From assembly GCF_041146345.1 (NCBI RefSeq), contig NW_027191409.1:682001-746000 (forward strand): 64,000 nucleotides of DNA, in the 5' to 3' direction. Below are positions 11,648 to 26,108 of this stretch, in pieces. Numbering within the stretch: the first letter of the stretch is position 1; each line of letters begins with the position of its first letter. The stretch is from Neodothiora populina. Its lineage: Eukaryota. A program made the position numbers and the translations under genes. Under the pieces are notes generated by a model, which did no database searches, was not told where the DNA came from, and saw only the letters and a program-made list of their open reading frames with translations.

Positions 11648-13061
11648 CTAGCAGCCATTGTATCCCTTCTCCTGCCACATCTTGACACTCTTGACGGTCA
11701 TTTGACCGTTCTTCTCCCAGGTAGGGTACCACTGGTTTCTAGCGTTCCAGAACTCGCTCTTGGCGTTGGGGCTACCATCGACCCAAGGCTTGCTCATAAC
11801 ACCATCATCGAACCAGCCGTTCGTACCACCGACGGCAACGTTGAGAATCAAGTAGAACTCCTGGTCGAAGGGAGTGTTGTCCTTGCCAGTCTCGGCCCAA
11901 GGGTTCGCAAGACGGGTACCATTGGAATCGGCAGCAGGGAAGTTACCCTTGGTCCAGAACGGAGTGTCGAAGCCAACGTACATGACTTGCAGGAGACGGG
12001 TATCAACATAGGTGAAAATGTACTTCTCAGACCACTCCATTCCGTACATGTGGAATCCGGCAGACCAAGTAGTGTGGAGAGCCTTACGCTTCTCGTTGTT
12101 TCGGAACCAGCCGTCGTTGTCGGGGTCGGGACCCCAGTGGAGAGTGCTGCTGACAATGTTGCTGCCACCCTGAGGATAAGTGTAGTTGTTGCCGCGACCC
12201 TCAGCGATATCAATTTCGCCAGATGCAGGCCAATCTCCGTAAGTGTTGTTCTTGGGCAACATCCAGATTGCAGGCCAGAGCCAATCACCGTCGGGCATTC
12301 TAGCTTCAACTTCGATACGTCCAAACTTGATTTGAGCGCCGTTCCGGGTGCTGACGCGACCAGACTTGACAGGGTTGACAATGGTGCCGTTGGTGGTGTT
12401 AGTAACAGCGACACAGTCGCTCCAGACAGTCGAACTACAGCTGCCATCCTTGAGCAAGTTGATGACATTATTGGTCTCGAGCAGGGCCTGGTCCTGGAGA
12501 GTAGGCTTGATGACAAGCTGTCCGTCCTTGATGAAAACGTTCTCCTCGGTGTTGGTGGTTTGCTCGAATTGACCATTGCTGCGGGCTCTAGTCAGCATAA
12601 AAGCACAAAATCATGATATCTTGTACATACCCAAAACCGCCGACCTCTGCTTCTTTCATCCAGATCTTCTCATTGAATCCGTTCGAGAAGTCATCCTCAA
12701 ATACGACGCAGTATTGCTTGTTAGACACGGTCTGGAGGCCGTTGTAGATCAAGAATCCTGTGAGGCAGAGTCCCAAGAGAATGCCAATGCAAGGAATGAT
12801 GTTGACCCATCTCTCGCGAGGATCTTTCTTGCCTAGCCAAGGCTTCTCCAATTCACCCTTCTTGACTCGGCGAGAGTGGAAGAATCTGTTTTGGGGCTGG
12901 TTTAGTGCAGTAGATGAACCCGACGCTGAAACAGGCACTGATCCGTACGGGGTTGCGAAAGGATTGGCCTTTGGCGCAGGAGTGATTGCCTCGCTTTCCG
13001 GAGTACCAGGTCTGGGGGTGACATCTGCCGTTGTGATGGCGGTGCCATTGTGACCGTCCAT
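11648..13061 (-). CDS. Glycoside hydrolase family 16 beta-1,3-glucanase-like protein, type II membrane-anchored
   Basis: Exons 13061-12631 and 12578-11648, intron GTATGT..CTGAC..GCAG. Motifs GDWLWPAIWMLP, catalytic SGEIDIAE, PFDQEFYLILNVAVGG; one N-proximal TM segment (IIPCIGILLGLCLTGFLIY). Confidence 0.92.
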
Positions 13062-15088
13062 GATTGAAGCGAGTCCGATGCTTGTAAAGAAAGTTGTTTA
13101 CTAGATCTGCACAGATACTACTATGCCCTCGGGTCTAGTGTAGGAAAGATATAACACAACAGAGTCTGAAGATGGATATGTTGTAGGAAAGAAAGGAAAG
13201 AAACGGCGATGGAAGGCAACAAATATGCCATGAGCTCTTCCGAGGTGGGGGTTTTGAGCAACGTGCCAACCAGAGTTTACTGTCTCAAACCTTATGAGCC
13301 GACCGATATAGCACTGACCTGATGAGCCGGAGGCGCGCCTGGACTGATGCTTGAGATAGGACGCTACCGTTGGGATGGTGGCTAGACAGAAACGGCCTGA
13401 AGAAACTCACTATCATACCGAAAGCCATTCTGTGACCGTGCCGAATACGGTTAAGATGCACTTGAGCTGCACGTCTACCATGCCAACTTGCAAGGGTTGT
13501 GCCGACTAAAGTCAAGCACTCACTGCCGTCGTAAGGTACCAAGGTTGAAGATTGGCGTATTGGGGCTCTGGTGTTGAGAAGCGACACTAAAACAGTAAAT
13601 CGAAAGTGCCTTGGCCTACAGTAGCGCCCGAACAGTCAAAGGCCCCCCAACGCCACTTCTTGTTTCGGTCCAGAGCGAAAGTGAACCACCATAGCCAGCC
13701 ACTGCTTGCATTGTCATTTCACTAATTCCCACCACTTGTACCAACCTTAACCTTGGCGGGTTCCTTGTTCCTGCGCAAGTCGCCGAGAATCCACACCTTG
13801 TTCAGCTTTCAGCGCACTCAACACTTCTCCTGTGAACGAGAGCATGCGTTGGTCTGCGCCACTTAATCAAGCAGAGATATCTACCAGGCCGTGGGCTTAT
13901 ATTCGCGAGCCTACTAGCGAATCTATGCTTGCATACATCACTCAAAGACACGGGAGGATCCAGCTGATCTATGCTGGGTACATTCCTTTGCCGAAGCTGG
14001 AGCAAAGTCGATAAGACTCTGGTATCAGTGCATCACGGACACCGAGTTGGCGAAAGCTCTCCCACTCGTTCGCTGTTGATCTTGATGATGATCCAAAGTC
14101 ATCAGGAGTCCATCATGGCACCGATAAGATGGATCAAGCTGATTGACGCCCGGGCCAAAATTCGCTGATCATGTGGAGACCGTCCGACACGAAATGTTCT
14201 CGATCTGTGTTCGTTCAAAACCTTGTTCCATCGCCATGCTTCCAGATGTGCAGACGTCTGCGTCGGACGGATTGTGCTTGCTCTGCGTTCACAAGTAGTT
14301 GACGTTGCCCTTGACTCGCGATGGAATCTCCAATAATACTTTTACAGTGCATGTCGTATTCATCACACTACATGCTGTACACCGGAGCGGGCATCGAACA
14401 AAGTGATTCTGAAAATCGAAATCGTACACAAGCCATTAATAGCAAGCACGCATCAGAGCCGACGCAGCGGTCTCATGGTCGACCATGAGCAGAAGGTCCA
14501 ATATATCCATACCTGCTTTTCAAGGCTTTTGTGACCTATCAAGATGCAGGGCTGTAAGCGACTGCGATAGGTAACTGTAAATAGATCCGGGAGCCCCTAA
14601 GCAAACGGAGAATTTTTCTGTTGTCCAAAGACCGGGACACCGGAAGAATGCATAACCCTTCATACTGCCATGCACAAATAGATGCCGCGAGTTCATGTGT
14701 ATTTCCCAGAACGCCAAGACACTCAGGCTACCCACCTACTGCGCTATATCGCCGAGGCACGTCGAAATCCCCCCGGACGGACCATTCCGACCAACCGCAT
14801 TCTTCCCCACCTTTATACCTTACCCCACCAAGCAACGAGGAGCAAGGTAAGGTAAGGTAGACACCTGACGTCTGTTTAGGAGATGACTTTGGAGATGCCT
14901 CACCGGATGATGCTATGTCTGAAGCTATGAAGTATGTCAAAGGGCATTACCGAGGCACTCCTCGCTGGGATTCGAGCACTTCAAGCTGCATCAACCGTAG
15001 TTTCTAATCTTCAATGCTTTCTCTAAGAACACCTTACACTTCAACATAGTAGTATCGTACAGTGCAAGCTGCACCATCAGATTGTGAG

Positions 15089-16873
15089 ATGTCCTCTTTG
15101 AGTACCCGTGGCTTTCTCCGCACGTTCAAACATCTTTCCCGTGGTGCTCGCGTCTCCTGTGCACCTGCACAAACGACAGCGAGACTCGCAGGCTCCCCTC
15201 GCCGCACTTACTCACCGGTTTCGACACAATTAGCTGGAAGAGCTAACTTCTCTACCACCATGATTCCTAAAAGTGATGCAATGGCGGCTCCGGCGCCAGC
15301 ACGCGACTATGATCAAGAGATTGTAGACATGGCTTCATACATACATCACTACAAGATTGACAGTGGTCTAGCTGTAAGTCGAGCCACACTGTCACAATGG
15401 CGCGCCGAACTCAATATGCTGACCTTTCCAAGATCGACACTGCTCGGTTCGTTTTCCTGGATACTATGGGCTGCGGACTCAAAGCTCTCGAGTTCCCTCA
15501 ATGCACAAAATTGTTGGGTCCAGTAGTGCCCGACACGGTGGTGCCGAACGGCACAAAGGTCTTGGGTACTCCTTACCAGCTTGATCCTGTGTTGGGTGCA
15601 TTCAACATTGGTGCCATGGTCAGATGGCTCGACTTCAATGACTGTTGGCTTGCAGCTGAGTGGGGACACCCCAGTGACAACTTGGGAGCTATTCTAGCGG
15701 TTGCCGATTGGATCACAAGGACTAACAGAGCCGGTGGGAAGCTCGGTAATGGAAAATTGTTCACTGTCAAGGACATCCTCGAGGCTATGATCAAGGCACA
15801 CGAGATTCAGGGCTGTCTAGCACTAGAGAACTCGTTCAACAGGGTCGGTCTGGATCACGTTGTTTTGGTCAAGGTGGCCTCGACTGCCGTGGTCAGCCAG
15901 ATGCTTGGTCTATCCGAAGGACAAACTCGCGATGCCATTTCCCAAGCTTGGTGTGACGGTCAGAGCATGCGCACATACAGGCACAGCCCCAACACTATGA
16001 GCAGAAAGAGTTGGGCCGCCGGCGATGCATGCGAAAAGGCCGTCAATCTATGCTTGAAGGTAATGAGAGGTGAGGGAGGCATGGCTACGGTATTGAGCGC
16101 TCCAACTTGGGGATTCTACGACGTCAATTTCAAGGGCAACTCCTTCAAGTTTCAAAGGCCTTATGGCAGCTACGTCATGGAGAACGTGCTTTTCAAGGTG
16201 TCCTATCCAGGTATGATTGACAAAGTCACAACAGGTCGAATAGATACTGACGATATCGCCTCCAGCCGAGTTCCACTCTCAAACCGCCATCGAAGCAGCC
16301 AAGCGAATCAACGCGAAGCTTGCAGCCATGGGAAAGAGCGCCAAGGACATCAAGGATGTGACAAACCGCACGCATGAGGCATGCATACGCATCATCGACA
16401 AGCAAACGAAGCCCATGGACAACTTTGCGGATCGCGACCACTGCGTACAATACATGGTGGCGACTATGTTCGTCTTCAACCGCCTCGAGGCTTCCGACTA
16501 CACAGACAGCTCCGAGGCGGCACAGAGCGAGCTTGTCGAGTCTCTGCGAAGGCGCATCAAGTGTGTCGAGGACCCTCAGTTCACCGCAGACTATCACGAC
16601 CCGGAGAAGCGCACGATCGCCAATGCGCTTACGGTGGTCTTGAACGATGGAACTACAATCGAAGAGGAAGTCGTTGAAGCACCCCTCGGACACAGGCTGC
16701 GCAGAGAGGAGGCCAAGCCAGAGATCCTTGCCAAGTATGAGAGACACCTGAAGCCGCACTTTGACAAGTCCAGAGTGCAGGAGCTGGTCGACCTCGGCAA
16801 CAACCCGGAGAAGCTCTATGCCATGGAGATTGATCATTACGTTGACCTCTATGTCAAGGACAAGATTTTGTAG
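15089..16873 (+). CDS. prpD: 2-methylcitrate dehydratase (MmgE/PrpD family), mitochondrial
   Basis: Exons 15089-15373, 15433-16210, 16266-16873. Motifs [68 protein letters not shown]; Arg/Ser-rich acid-free N-terminus resembles a mitochondrial presequence. Confidence 0.96.
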
Positions 16874-17869
16874 AGGAACTTAGAGTGTATCCAAAACACG
16901 TCGAGCGTTGTCTCGAGTCGTTGCCATATTGCAGACAGAACATTGTTCGCGTAGTGAAGGCGGGGTCTCCGGTGCCAGTGCTGTCCGTGGCTATAACCGG
17001 GGTGAAGAATCATACTTTGCGGTGGACTTTGCGTCCGGATTGTGGGGTTGAAAATGATGATCTGGTAAGTAGGTAAACATTGGGAAGAACCGTGAACAGA
17101 AACTCGATCACGGCGAGCACGAGCATGCAGTGACGCTGTCAGCTGAGGAACAGTACTGTATGGGAGAAGGGTCGTCATACAGTTCCTGCATGCTACAGCA
17201 AATACAATAATCATATCCCGTACGAACGAAGACCACCGAAAAAAAAAAAAGTCGAGATAATTACGGCAAAGGAGGTCGGAAACTCGGGGTTAAGGGACCA
17301 CAAAGGGTTAGGCGCACAGTTCCGGGTTTGGGGCGAAAGTCGAAAGGTGCGGATAAGGATGGCAGGATGGCGGGCGGCGGGTCAGCAAAAAATAATAAAA
17401 TCGTGTTGAAAGTCTCAAGCCCGACAGTTTTTCAATCTTTTGCAGGCTCTGTTCCTTTGTAAGCCGCTATTACTGCGCTACTACTTATCTCATATATACC
17501 TTATCTTTTTTTTCACATAAGGGATCCCCCTCTCACTCTCTCTTCCACCCCCCCTCTCCACTCTCCACTCTCCACTCTCTTGTCTTTTCATTTGGTGGTT
17601 GTGCATTCGTCCGAGTTGACATCTTACTCTCGACGAACTATTGCAAACACAACTACGACGCTGTTCTTCGCCGAGCACGTCCGCCAGGCGCCCAATACCC
17701 GAAGTCTCATAATTCAGCCTGACCGCGCCCCACTTGAAATTTTGCTTGATTGAGATACCCCCTGTGCGTTTATTTTTTCCTGTGTTTGGCCGACACTTTC
17801 TCAATTCCGGCTTTTGCTTGATTTTTGCTGTCGTCTTGTTTTTTCTCTCGCTTTTCTACGAGAAAACAG

Positions 17870-20800
17870 ATGCCTCACCAGGAATCGCCCCCGATGGCTT
17901 CTCCCACTGTTGTTACGTCCAAGAGCGCGCCTCCTGCCGCCGAGGACGTGGCCGCAATCACCAGCAGCATCTACTCGTCAAAGACCTCGCAAGCGGCGCT
18001 CGACGCTGCCTACACGCTCACCGATGTTCTGCTGAACTCGGTCGGTTTCCGCGGCCTCGACCAGTACGATGTGCTCAAGGAGGTCAAGGCAGCCGCTGCC
18101 AACAAGAAGGACCCCGCTCGTCGTGAGGGTGCCATGTTCGCTCTCGGTGCTCTTTTCGAGCGCTTGCCCCCCAAAGAAAGAGTCAGCGAGATCATCTTCC
18201 TCACACAAGAGAGCCAGCTCGTCGTGGCCGCTCTCGACGCCATGTCCGACAAGGGCTCGAGCGTGCGCGAGGGTGCGAAGTACGCTCTCGACACTCTTTT
18301 CGACCAGCTCGGCCCCGAAGCCAAGGTCCTGGGCCTTCTCCCCATCCTGAACAACTACCTCAGCAAGAAGTCCGGCAAGTGGCAGGGTACCGTCGCGGCT
18401 TACGAGCTGATCGGCCGCATGGCCGACAAGGCCAAGATGGGTATGGGCAGCCTCGAGGAAGAGACCGTCAAGGACATTCTGCGTGACGCCATGGGCCAGC
18501 AGCTCCAGGTCCTGATTCCCGTCGTCGAGGGTGGCATGCACGATCTCAAGAACGAGGTCGCAAAGCAGGCCGTCAAGACGATGAACTCGCTCACCACCCT
18601 CCTGCAAAACGACGATGTGGCTCCCCGTATCCCTCTGCTGGTCAAGGCCATGGAGAACCCCTCCACCGAGTCTCTCCAGAAGGCCATCCACGCCCTTTCC
18701 CAGACCACTTTCGTCGCCATTGTCGACTCTCCTGTCCTTGCGCTCCTGACCCCTCTCCTCGAGCGTTCTCTCAACAGCCCCACCACTTCCCAGGAAGTCA
18801 CTCGTCAAACCGTCGTCGTCGTCGAGAACTTGACCAAGCTCGTTCACGACCCCAACGAGGCCAGGACTTTCCTTCCCAAGCTCAAGCCCGGTACCCAGGC
18901 TGTCCGCGATCGTGCCTCTCTTCCCGAGGTCCGCGAGATCGGACAGAGAGCACTCGATGTCATCGACAAGGCCATGGGCGAGCAGGCTGACGCTGTCACC
19001 AACAACGCAATCTCGAAGACCAGCGCCTCCGATGTTGCAGCTGTCATCGAGGAGAAGGTCAAGGCCAACGGCGGGCTCCTTCAATACACCGGCGACTCCG
19101 ACCTGTGGGCTCTTGCCAAGCCTTACCTCTCCGCCATTATTGCTGTGGACGTGAACCTCCGCAAGCTCGACCGCATTGCTGCAAACCTCGAGCCCTACCT
19201 CATTCACCTGATGAACGACGGCAAGGCGGCTGCCACTGCTGAGGCCGTTCACCAGTTCTACGTCGAGGAGGACGTCCGCAAGTTCGGTGCTCCCGCCCAG
19301 GTCGACGACGGCGAGACTGAGATCGTCAACGCCACTTTCTCTCTCGGTTACGGTGGTATGCTTCTGCTTTCCCACACCAACCTGCGCCTCCTCAAGGGTC
19401 ACCGCTACGGTCTCTGCGGCCGCAACGGTGCCGGCAAGTCCACACTCATGCGCAGTATCGCCAACGGCAAGCTCGAGGGCTTCCCTCCTCAAGACGTCGT
19501 TCGCACCTGCTTCGTCGAGCACAACCAGGGTGAAGACGCCGATCTTACCATTCTGGAGTACGTGTCCAAGGATCCCGAGCTTCAGGCCGAGGGAACCGAC
19601 AGGATCGTTGCCGTTCTCGAGGAGGTCGGCTTCAGTTCCGGCCCAGAAGGCCGTCAGTCGCACAAGGTCGGCTCTCTCTCCGGAGGATGGAAGATGAAGC
19701 TCGCTCTTGCTCGTGCTATGTTGATGCGCGCCGATGTTTTCCTGCTCGACGAGCCCACCAATCATCTCGATGTTGCCAACGTCAAGTGGCTCCAGGAGTA
19801 CCTCAAGACCCACACCGACATCACTTCGCTCATTGTCTCTCACGACTCTGGCTTCCTTGATGAGGTGTGCACTGACATCATCCACTACGAGCAGAAGAAG
19901 CTCGTCACCTACAAGGGTAACCTGGCCGCTTTCGTCAAGGTCAAGCCCGAGGGCAAGAGTTACTACACTCTTTCGGCATCTCAGGTCCAATTCAAGTTCC
20001 CTCCTCCCGGTATCCTCACTGGTGTCAAGTCCAACACTCGCAGCATTCTCCGTATGACCGACTGCACCTTCACCTACCCCGGCTCATCCAAGCCTTCTCT
20101 CTCCAACGTCAGCTGCGCGCTCTCCCTCTCTTCGAGAGTTGCCATCATCGGTGCCAACGGTGCCGGCAAGTCCACCATGATCAAGATCTTGACTGGCGAG
20201 AACGTTCCCCAGCAGGGTAAGGTCGAGAAGCACCCTAACCTCCGTATCGGTTACATCAAGCAACACGCTCTCGAGCACGTTGAGATGCACTTGGAGAAGA
20301 CCCCTAACCAGTACCTGCAATGGAGATACGCCAACGGTGACGATCGTGAGGTTCTGATGAAGGCCACGCGTGTCCTTACTGATGAGGACAAGGCACAGAT
20401 GGAGAAGTACGTCGACGTTGGCGATGGCGTGCCCAAGAGAGTCGAGGCACTCATCGGAAGACAAAAGTGGAAGAAGAGTTTCCAGTACGAGGTCAAGTGG
20501 GTTGGCATGCTTCCCAAGTACAACACCATGGTCTCCCGTGAGACTCTTACCGACTTGGGCTACCAGAAGTTGATTCAGGAGTTCGATGACCACGAGTCCA
20601 GCAGAGAAGGTCTCGGTTTCCGTTCCCTCGAGCCCAAGGTCATCTCCAAGCACTTCGAGGATGTCGGTCTCGACCCCGAGATTGCCAACCACAACGAGAT
20701 CAGCGGCTTGTCTGGAGGTCAGAAAGTCAAGGTCGTGCTTGCCGGTGCCATGTGGAACAACCCTCACTTGTTGGTTCTCGACGAGCCTACCAACTTTTTG

Positions 20801-21268
20801 GACAGAGACTCCCTCGGAGGTCTCGCTGTGGCCATTCGTGACTACAAGGGTGGTGTTGTCATGATCTCCCACAACGAGGAGTTCGTCGGCGCTCTTTGCC
20901 CTGAGCAATGGATTGTCAACGATGGCCGTCTGACCAGCAAGGGTCACATGGCCCTCAACCTCGATCGCTTCGAGGACAGCACCCCTGCCTCGTCTGTTGT
21001 CAGCTCTGCAGTGCCCTCGTCGACCGCATCTCCTATCGGCAGCGCCGCTGTGAGTGACGCAGAAGGTGACATGAAGTTCAAGGCCAAGAAGAAGAAGAAG
21101 ATGACCAAGAAGGACAAGAAGGATCAGGAGGTCAGGAGAAGATTGAGACACAGTAAGTTACCCTGTCATGTACACGTTCGTCAGTTCTCAGCTAACACGC
21201 AAAAAGTTGCATGGTTGTCCACTCCCAAGGGAACTCCTCACCCTCCCGATACCGATGACGAAGAGTAG
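17870..21268 (+). CDS. YEF3: Translation elongation factor 3 (eEF3; HEAT region plus two ABC domains with chromodomain insertion)
   Basis: Two Walker A motifs (GRNGAGKST, GANGAGKST), signatures LSGGWKMK and LSGGQKVK, two LDEPTN, Lys-rich C-terminus, strong codon bias. Intron 21153-21206. Start at ATG 17870 or 17894. Confidence 0.95.
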   Translation: MPHQESPPMASPTVVTSKSAPPAAEDVAAITSSIYSSKTSQAALDAAYTLTDVLLNSVGFRGLDQYDVLKEVKAAAANKKDPARREGAMFALGALFERLPPKERVSEIIFLTQESQLVVAALDAMSDKGSSVREGAKYALDTLFDQLGPEAKVLGLLPILNNYLSKKSGKWQGTVAAYELIGRMADKAKMGMGSLEEETVKDILRDAMGQQLQVLIPVVEGGMHDLKNEVAKQAVKTMNSLTTLLQNDDVAPRIPLLVKAMENPSTESLQKAIHALSQTTFVAIVDSPVLALLTPLLERSLNSPTTSQEVTRQTVVVVENLTKLVHDPNEARTFLPKLKPGTQAVRDRASLPEVREIGQRALDVIDKAMGEQADAVTNNAISKTSASDVAAVIEEKVKANGGLLQYTGDSDLWALAKPYLSAIIAVDVNLRKLDRIAANLEPYLIHLMNDGKAAATAEAVHQFYVEEDVRKFGAPAQVDDGETEIVNATFSLGYGGMLLLSHTNLRLLKGHRYGLCGRNGAGKSTLMRSIANGKLEGFPPQDVVRTCFVEHNQGEDADLTILEYVSKDPELQAEGTDRIVAVLEEVGFSSGPEGRQSHKVGSLSGGWKMKLALARAMLMRADVFLLDEPTNHLDVANVKWLQEYLKTHTDITSLIVSHDSGFLDEVCTDIIHYEQKKLVTYKGNLAAFVKVKPEGKSYYTLSASQVQFKFPPPGILTGVKSNTRSILRMTDCTFTYPGSSKPSLSNVSCALSLSSRVAIIGANGAGKSTMIKILTGENVPQQGKVEKHPNLRIGYIKQHALEHVEMHLEKTPNQYLQWRYANGDDREVLMKATRVLTDEDKAQMEKYVDVGDGVPKRVEALIGRQKWKKSFQYEVKWVGMLPKYNTMVSRETLTDLGYQKLIQEFDDHESSREGLGFRSLEPKVISKHFEDVGLDPEIANHNEISGLSGGQKVKVVLAGAMWNNPHLLVLDEPTNFLDRDSLGGLAVAIRDYKGGVVMISHNEEFVGALCPEQWIVNDGRLTSKGHMALNLDRFEDSTPASSVVSSAVPSSTASPIGSAAVSDAEGDMKFKAKKKKKMTKKDKKDQEVRRRLRHSKLPCHVHVRQFSANTQKVAWLSTPKGTPHPPDTDDEE

Positions 21269-22280
21269 AGAGTTTTACGGCATGATACGGCGTTAGGTTA
21301 CCGGTAGAAACAATTAGAGGTTGGGCATCAAAAATTGCATCTTTCATGTTTAGTCTGTCTACACAGATTGCTTGGCTCAGTTATTATGCGAGTCGATAGT
21401 TTTCATGTACAAAGTCGTGTTGCACACGCGATCGCACTTTTTGCGATGTATGAATTTACTTCTACTATCAATGTTGTTGCCTCGGTGTTTCTGAAGTGTC
21501 TTGATATCGAGTGACCTTGCTTGTGCTGCCAGTCTTGGTAATTCGTAGTTCTGGCACAGGGATCCGCGTAATATGGTCGAAAGCGCAATCGATCCCCGCT
21601 GTTCACCTGCACTCTGCGTATAAATACATCTTTATGCCGGTGATCGCTCCAGCGCAGAGTCATTTTGGCACTTCCCAACCCACTCATGTCGTCGTGTGTC
21701 GCGGCGATGCTTCGGGCATATGCGACTAAGCCCTGTCATTGCGGCTCAAATATCGAGATCCGATCTGGTCCTGGACCCACCTGCTGTCACATATTTTAGC
21801 ACATGTTGTCATCATCACGACGCACGACACACGACACAGGAAGAAAATTTCGTGATCGCTAGTACAACGATCCGATCCTTCGGTCGAAAAACGAGGCAGA
21901 TGATTCAATATGCCTGCAATAAACATAGATTGATGAAGCAAGCCCGGTCGCCCCGCCCCCCGTTATCCCTCGGGGTGGAACTGAGTAATGATAAACGTGA
22001 AAGACGTAGGCTTCCTTATCTCTCCTGGTCTGGTCGCATATATATGAAATCTCCAGAAAGTAGGCAAAAGTACCCACATCCCGAGCAAGTAGGTGGGAAC
22101 GTAGAGGTCATTATTCCGCAGCGCGAGCCAGCACAGTTCCTGTCCAAATTACATAAGATCTCAGGGCTAGAGCTTGTCTTGTCCCTGTATAACCAGTGCT
22201 CTCAAGCATATAACTGTAGCTTTGGTTCGTGACCGCCGTCGTCAGACTGCGTTGCAAGCACATACTCTACATCACCACTA

Positions 22281-23898
22281 ATGGAATCCGAACGACCACC
22301 TCAGCGGCCGGGGTTAAGTCACTTCCGGCAGAGAACGGTGAGCTCTTTGGGACCTCGAACAACACAAACATCCACGAATCATGGTGGCTCTTATTCACTT
22401 GCTGGACCCCAGGACAGAGGCCAACGTCAACCCCCAAGACATGGCACCTACGTCGAAGAAGGCTACCGAGATTTGAATCCAGAATATGAACGCACAGTAC
22501 ACAATCCGGTGTTTTCACTGGCTGGCAACCAGCCGCATACCGTCCGAGGATTCATGAAACGTCAAAATTCGGATGCGAAAGCCAGACCAGTTGGCAAGGA
22601 AGGAGCGCAAAAAGGAGAAACGGAAACGCCACCCCAATTGCAAAACATCGAAGGTCGTAACAATACCGACCGAACTCAGGAGCCAGCAACGCCAGGAAGT
22701 TACGATGCAAACGATGGGCCAGCCATGGGTCCCGAGTCCCCTGGTGTACCCGGTGGGAATATCCGGATGAGGACCGCCACAGCACATCACCCAGATGGAC
22801 GACCACTCGGTACCATAGGCGAAGAAGTACAATTCTCCCCGTCCGACGATGATGCGAAGACACTCGCACCAGACGACAACCCCGACGACAGACCATTCAA
22901 CCCTTGGGCGGGGATCAGACGAAAGTTCCAGGATCCCCTAGGCGAGTGGCTGGGCACAACAATCCTCATAGCGATCGGTGTCGGAAGCAACCTACAAGTC
23001 GCAACATCCGATCAGCAGAACACATCCTACCAAACAATCTACTGGGCCTGGGGACTCGCAACCATGCTAGGCATCTACGTCTCCGGCGGAAGCTCCGGTG
23101 CGCACCTCAACCCTGCTCTATCCATCATGCTCTCCGTGTGGCGTGGCTTCCCAGCACGGCGTGTTCCCATCTACATCCTCGCCCAACTCCTAGGCGCCTT
23201 CACCGGCGCTCTGATCGCAATCGCCATCTACAGAGATGCAATCCTCCACCTCGACGGCGCCCTGATACCAATGTCGACCGGCGTGTCGATCTACACGCAA
23301 CCGAAAGAATGGGTACGACCCGCGACCGCATTCTTCACCGAAGCCGTCGGGACAGGGCTATTGTCCCTCGGCATCATCGCGCTGGGAGACGACGCCAACT
23401 CGCCTCCTGGAGCCGGTATGCACGCGTTCATTATCGGGCTTTTGGTCTCGCTTTTGCTCATGGCATTCGGTAAGTCTCTGCATGAATGTTCTTCCCACAA
23501 CCCTTTCCCACCATTCTTGGCTGTGCCGGCTCCTCGTACCCGACGGCTTTTAACACTTAGTCCGCACAGAGCAAAACACCGGCGCCGCCTTCAACCCAGT
23601 CCGAGACCTCGGCCCCCGCCTCGCCGCAATGGTAATGGGCTATCCGACTTCCATCTTCGACGCCGGCAACGCGTGGTGGATCTGGGGCGCGTGGGGCGCC
23701 ACCATCACAGGCTCATTGCTCGGCGTGGGTGTCTACGATTTGTGTATCTTCAAGGGCGGCGAGAGTCCTGTCAACTATTCGAGTAGGAGGTGGAGGCAAG
23801 AGGGGTTGAAGGCTGAGGCGGGCTGGTTCTCTTTTCTGGGGGAGCGGAACAAGGTCAGGGATGTCGAGACCAAATTGGAGAATGGCGGTGTGGTATGA
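22281..23898 (+). CDS. Aquaglyceroporin (MIP family) with long N-terminal extension, probably Yfl054-like
   Basis: Exons 22281-23469 and 23570-23898. SGAHLNPA first motif; second motif NPVRDLGPR with the Asp typical of glyceroporins; six hydrophobic helices; N-terminal PVFSLAGNQPH resembles the PVWSL-type motif of Yfl054-like channels. Confidence 0.92.
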
Positions 23899-24126
23899 GC
23901 TTATTGAGGAGAGAATCTTTGTACGAATTATGTATACGTACACGTTTTTGTTTTCTATATGAGCAGTTCACATGCTATGCTCTAAAGTAAAAGAAGAAAA
24001 AGGCTTCGCATCATGATTTCTGATTTCTCTGACAAGGTATTTTGTGTCCACGCCACTATAGAATATCGGAATATGATAGCAAATGGCAAATCGAAACCAT
24101 CTGCTGCCACCGCCAACAGCCAGCCT

Positions 24127-26108
<1,982 letters not shown>

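Noticed and set aside
11702..12616. 304-aa plus-strand ORF and 242-aa alternate-frame ORF over the GH16 gene
   Set aside because: Antisense or off-frame shadows of a codon-biased CDS.
17670..17869. Possible 5' UTR intron and N-terminal extension of eEF3 (ORF track start 17825)
   Set aside because: The extension starts at a non-ATG codon in a pyrimidine-rich tract; an acceptor ACAG precedes ATG 17870, but donor and branch site are not convincing enough to call.
17978..21151. Long antisense ORFs (670 aa and 355 aa) opposite eEF3
   Set aside because: Shadow of strong C-ending codon bias in a highly expressed gene; no recognisable motifs.
23470..23786. Arg/Pro-rich C-terminus of the 501-aa aquaporin ORF
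   Set aside because: Artefact of reading through a 100-nt intron; splicing restores the second NP motif.
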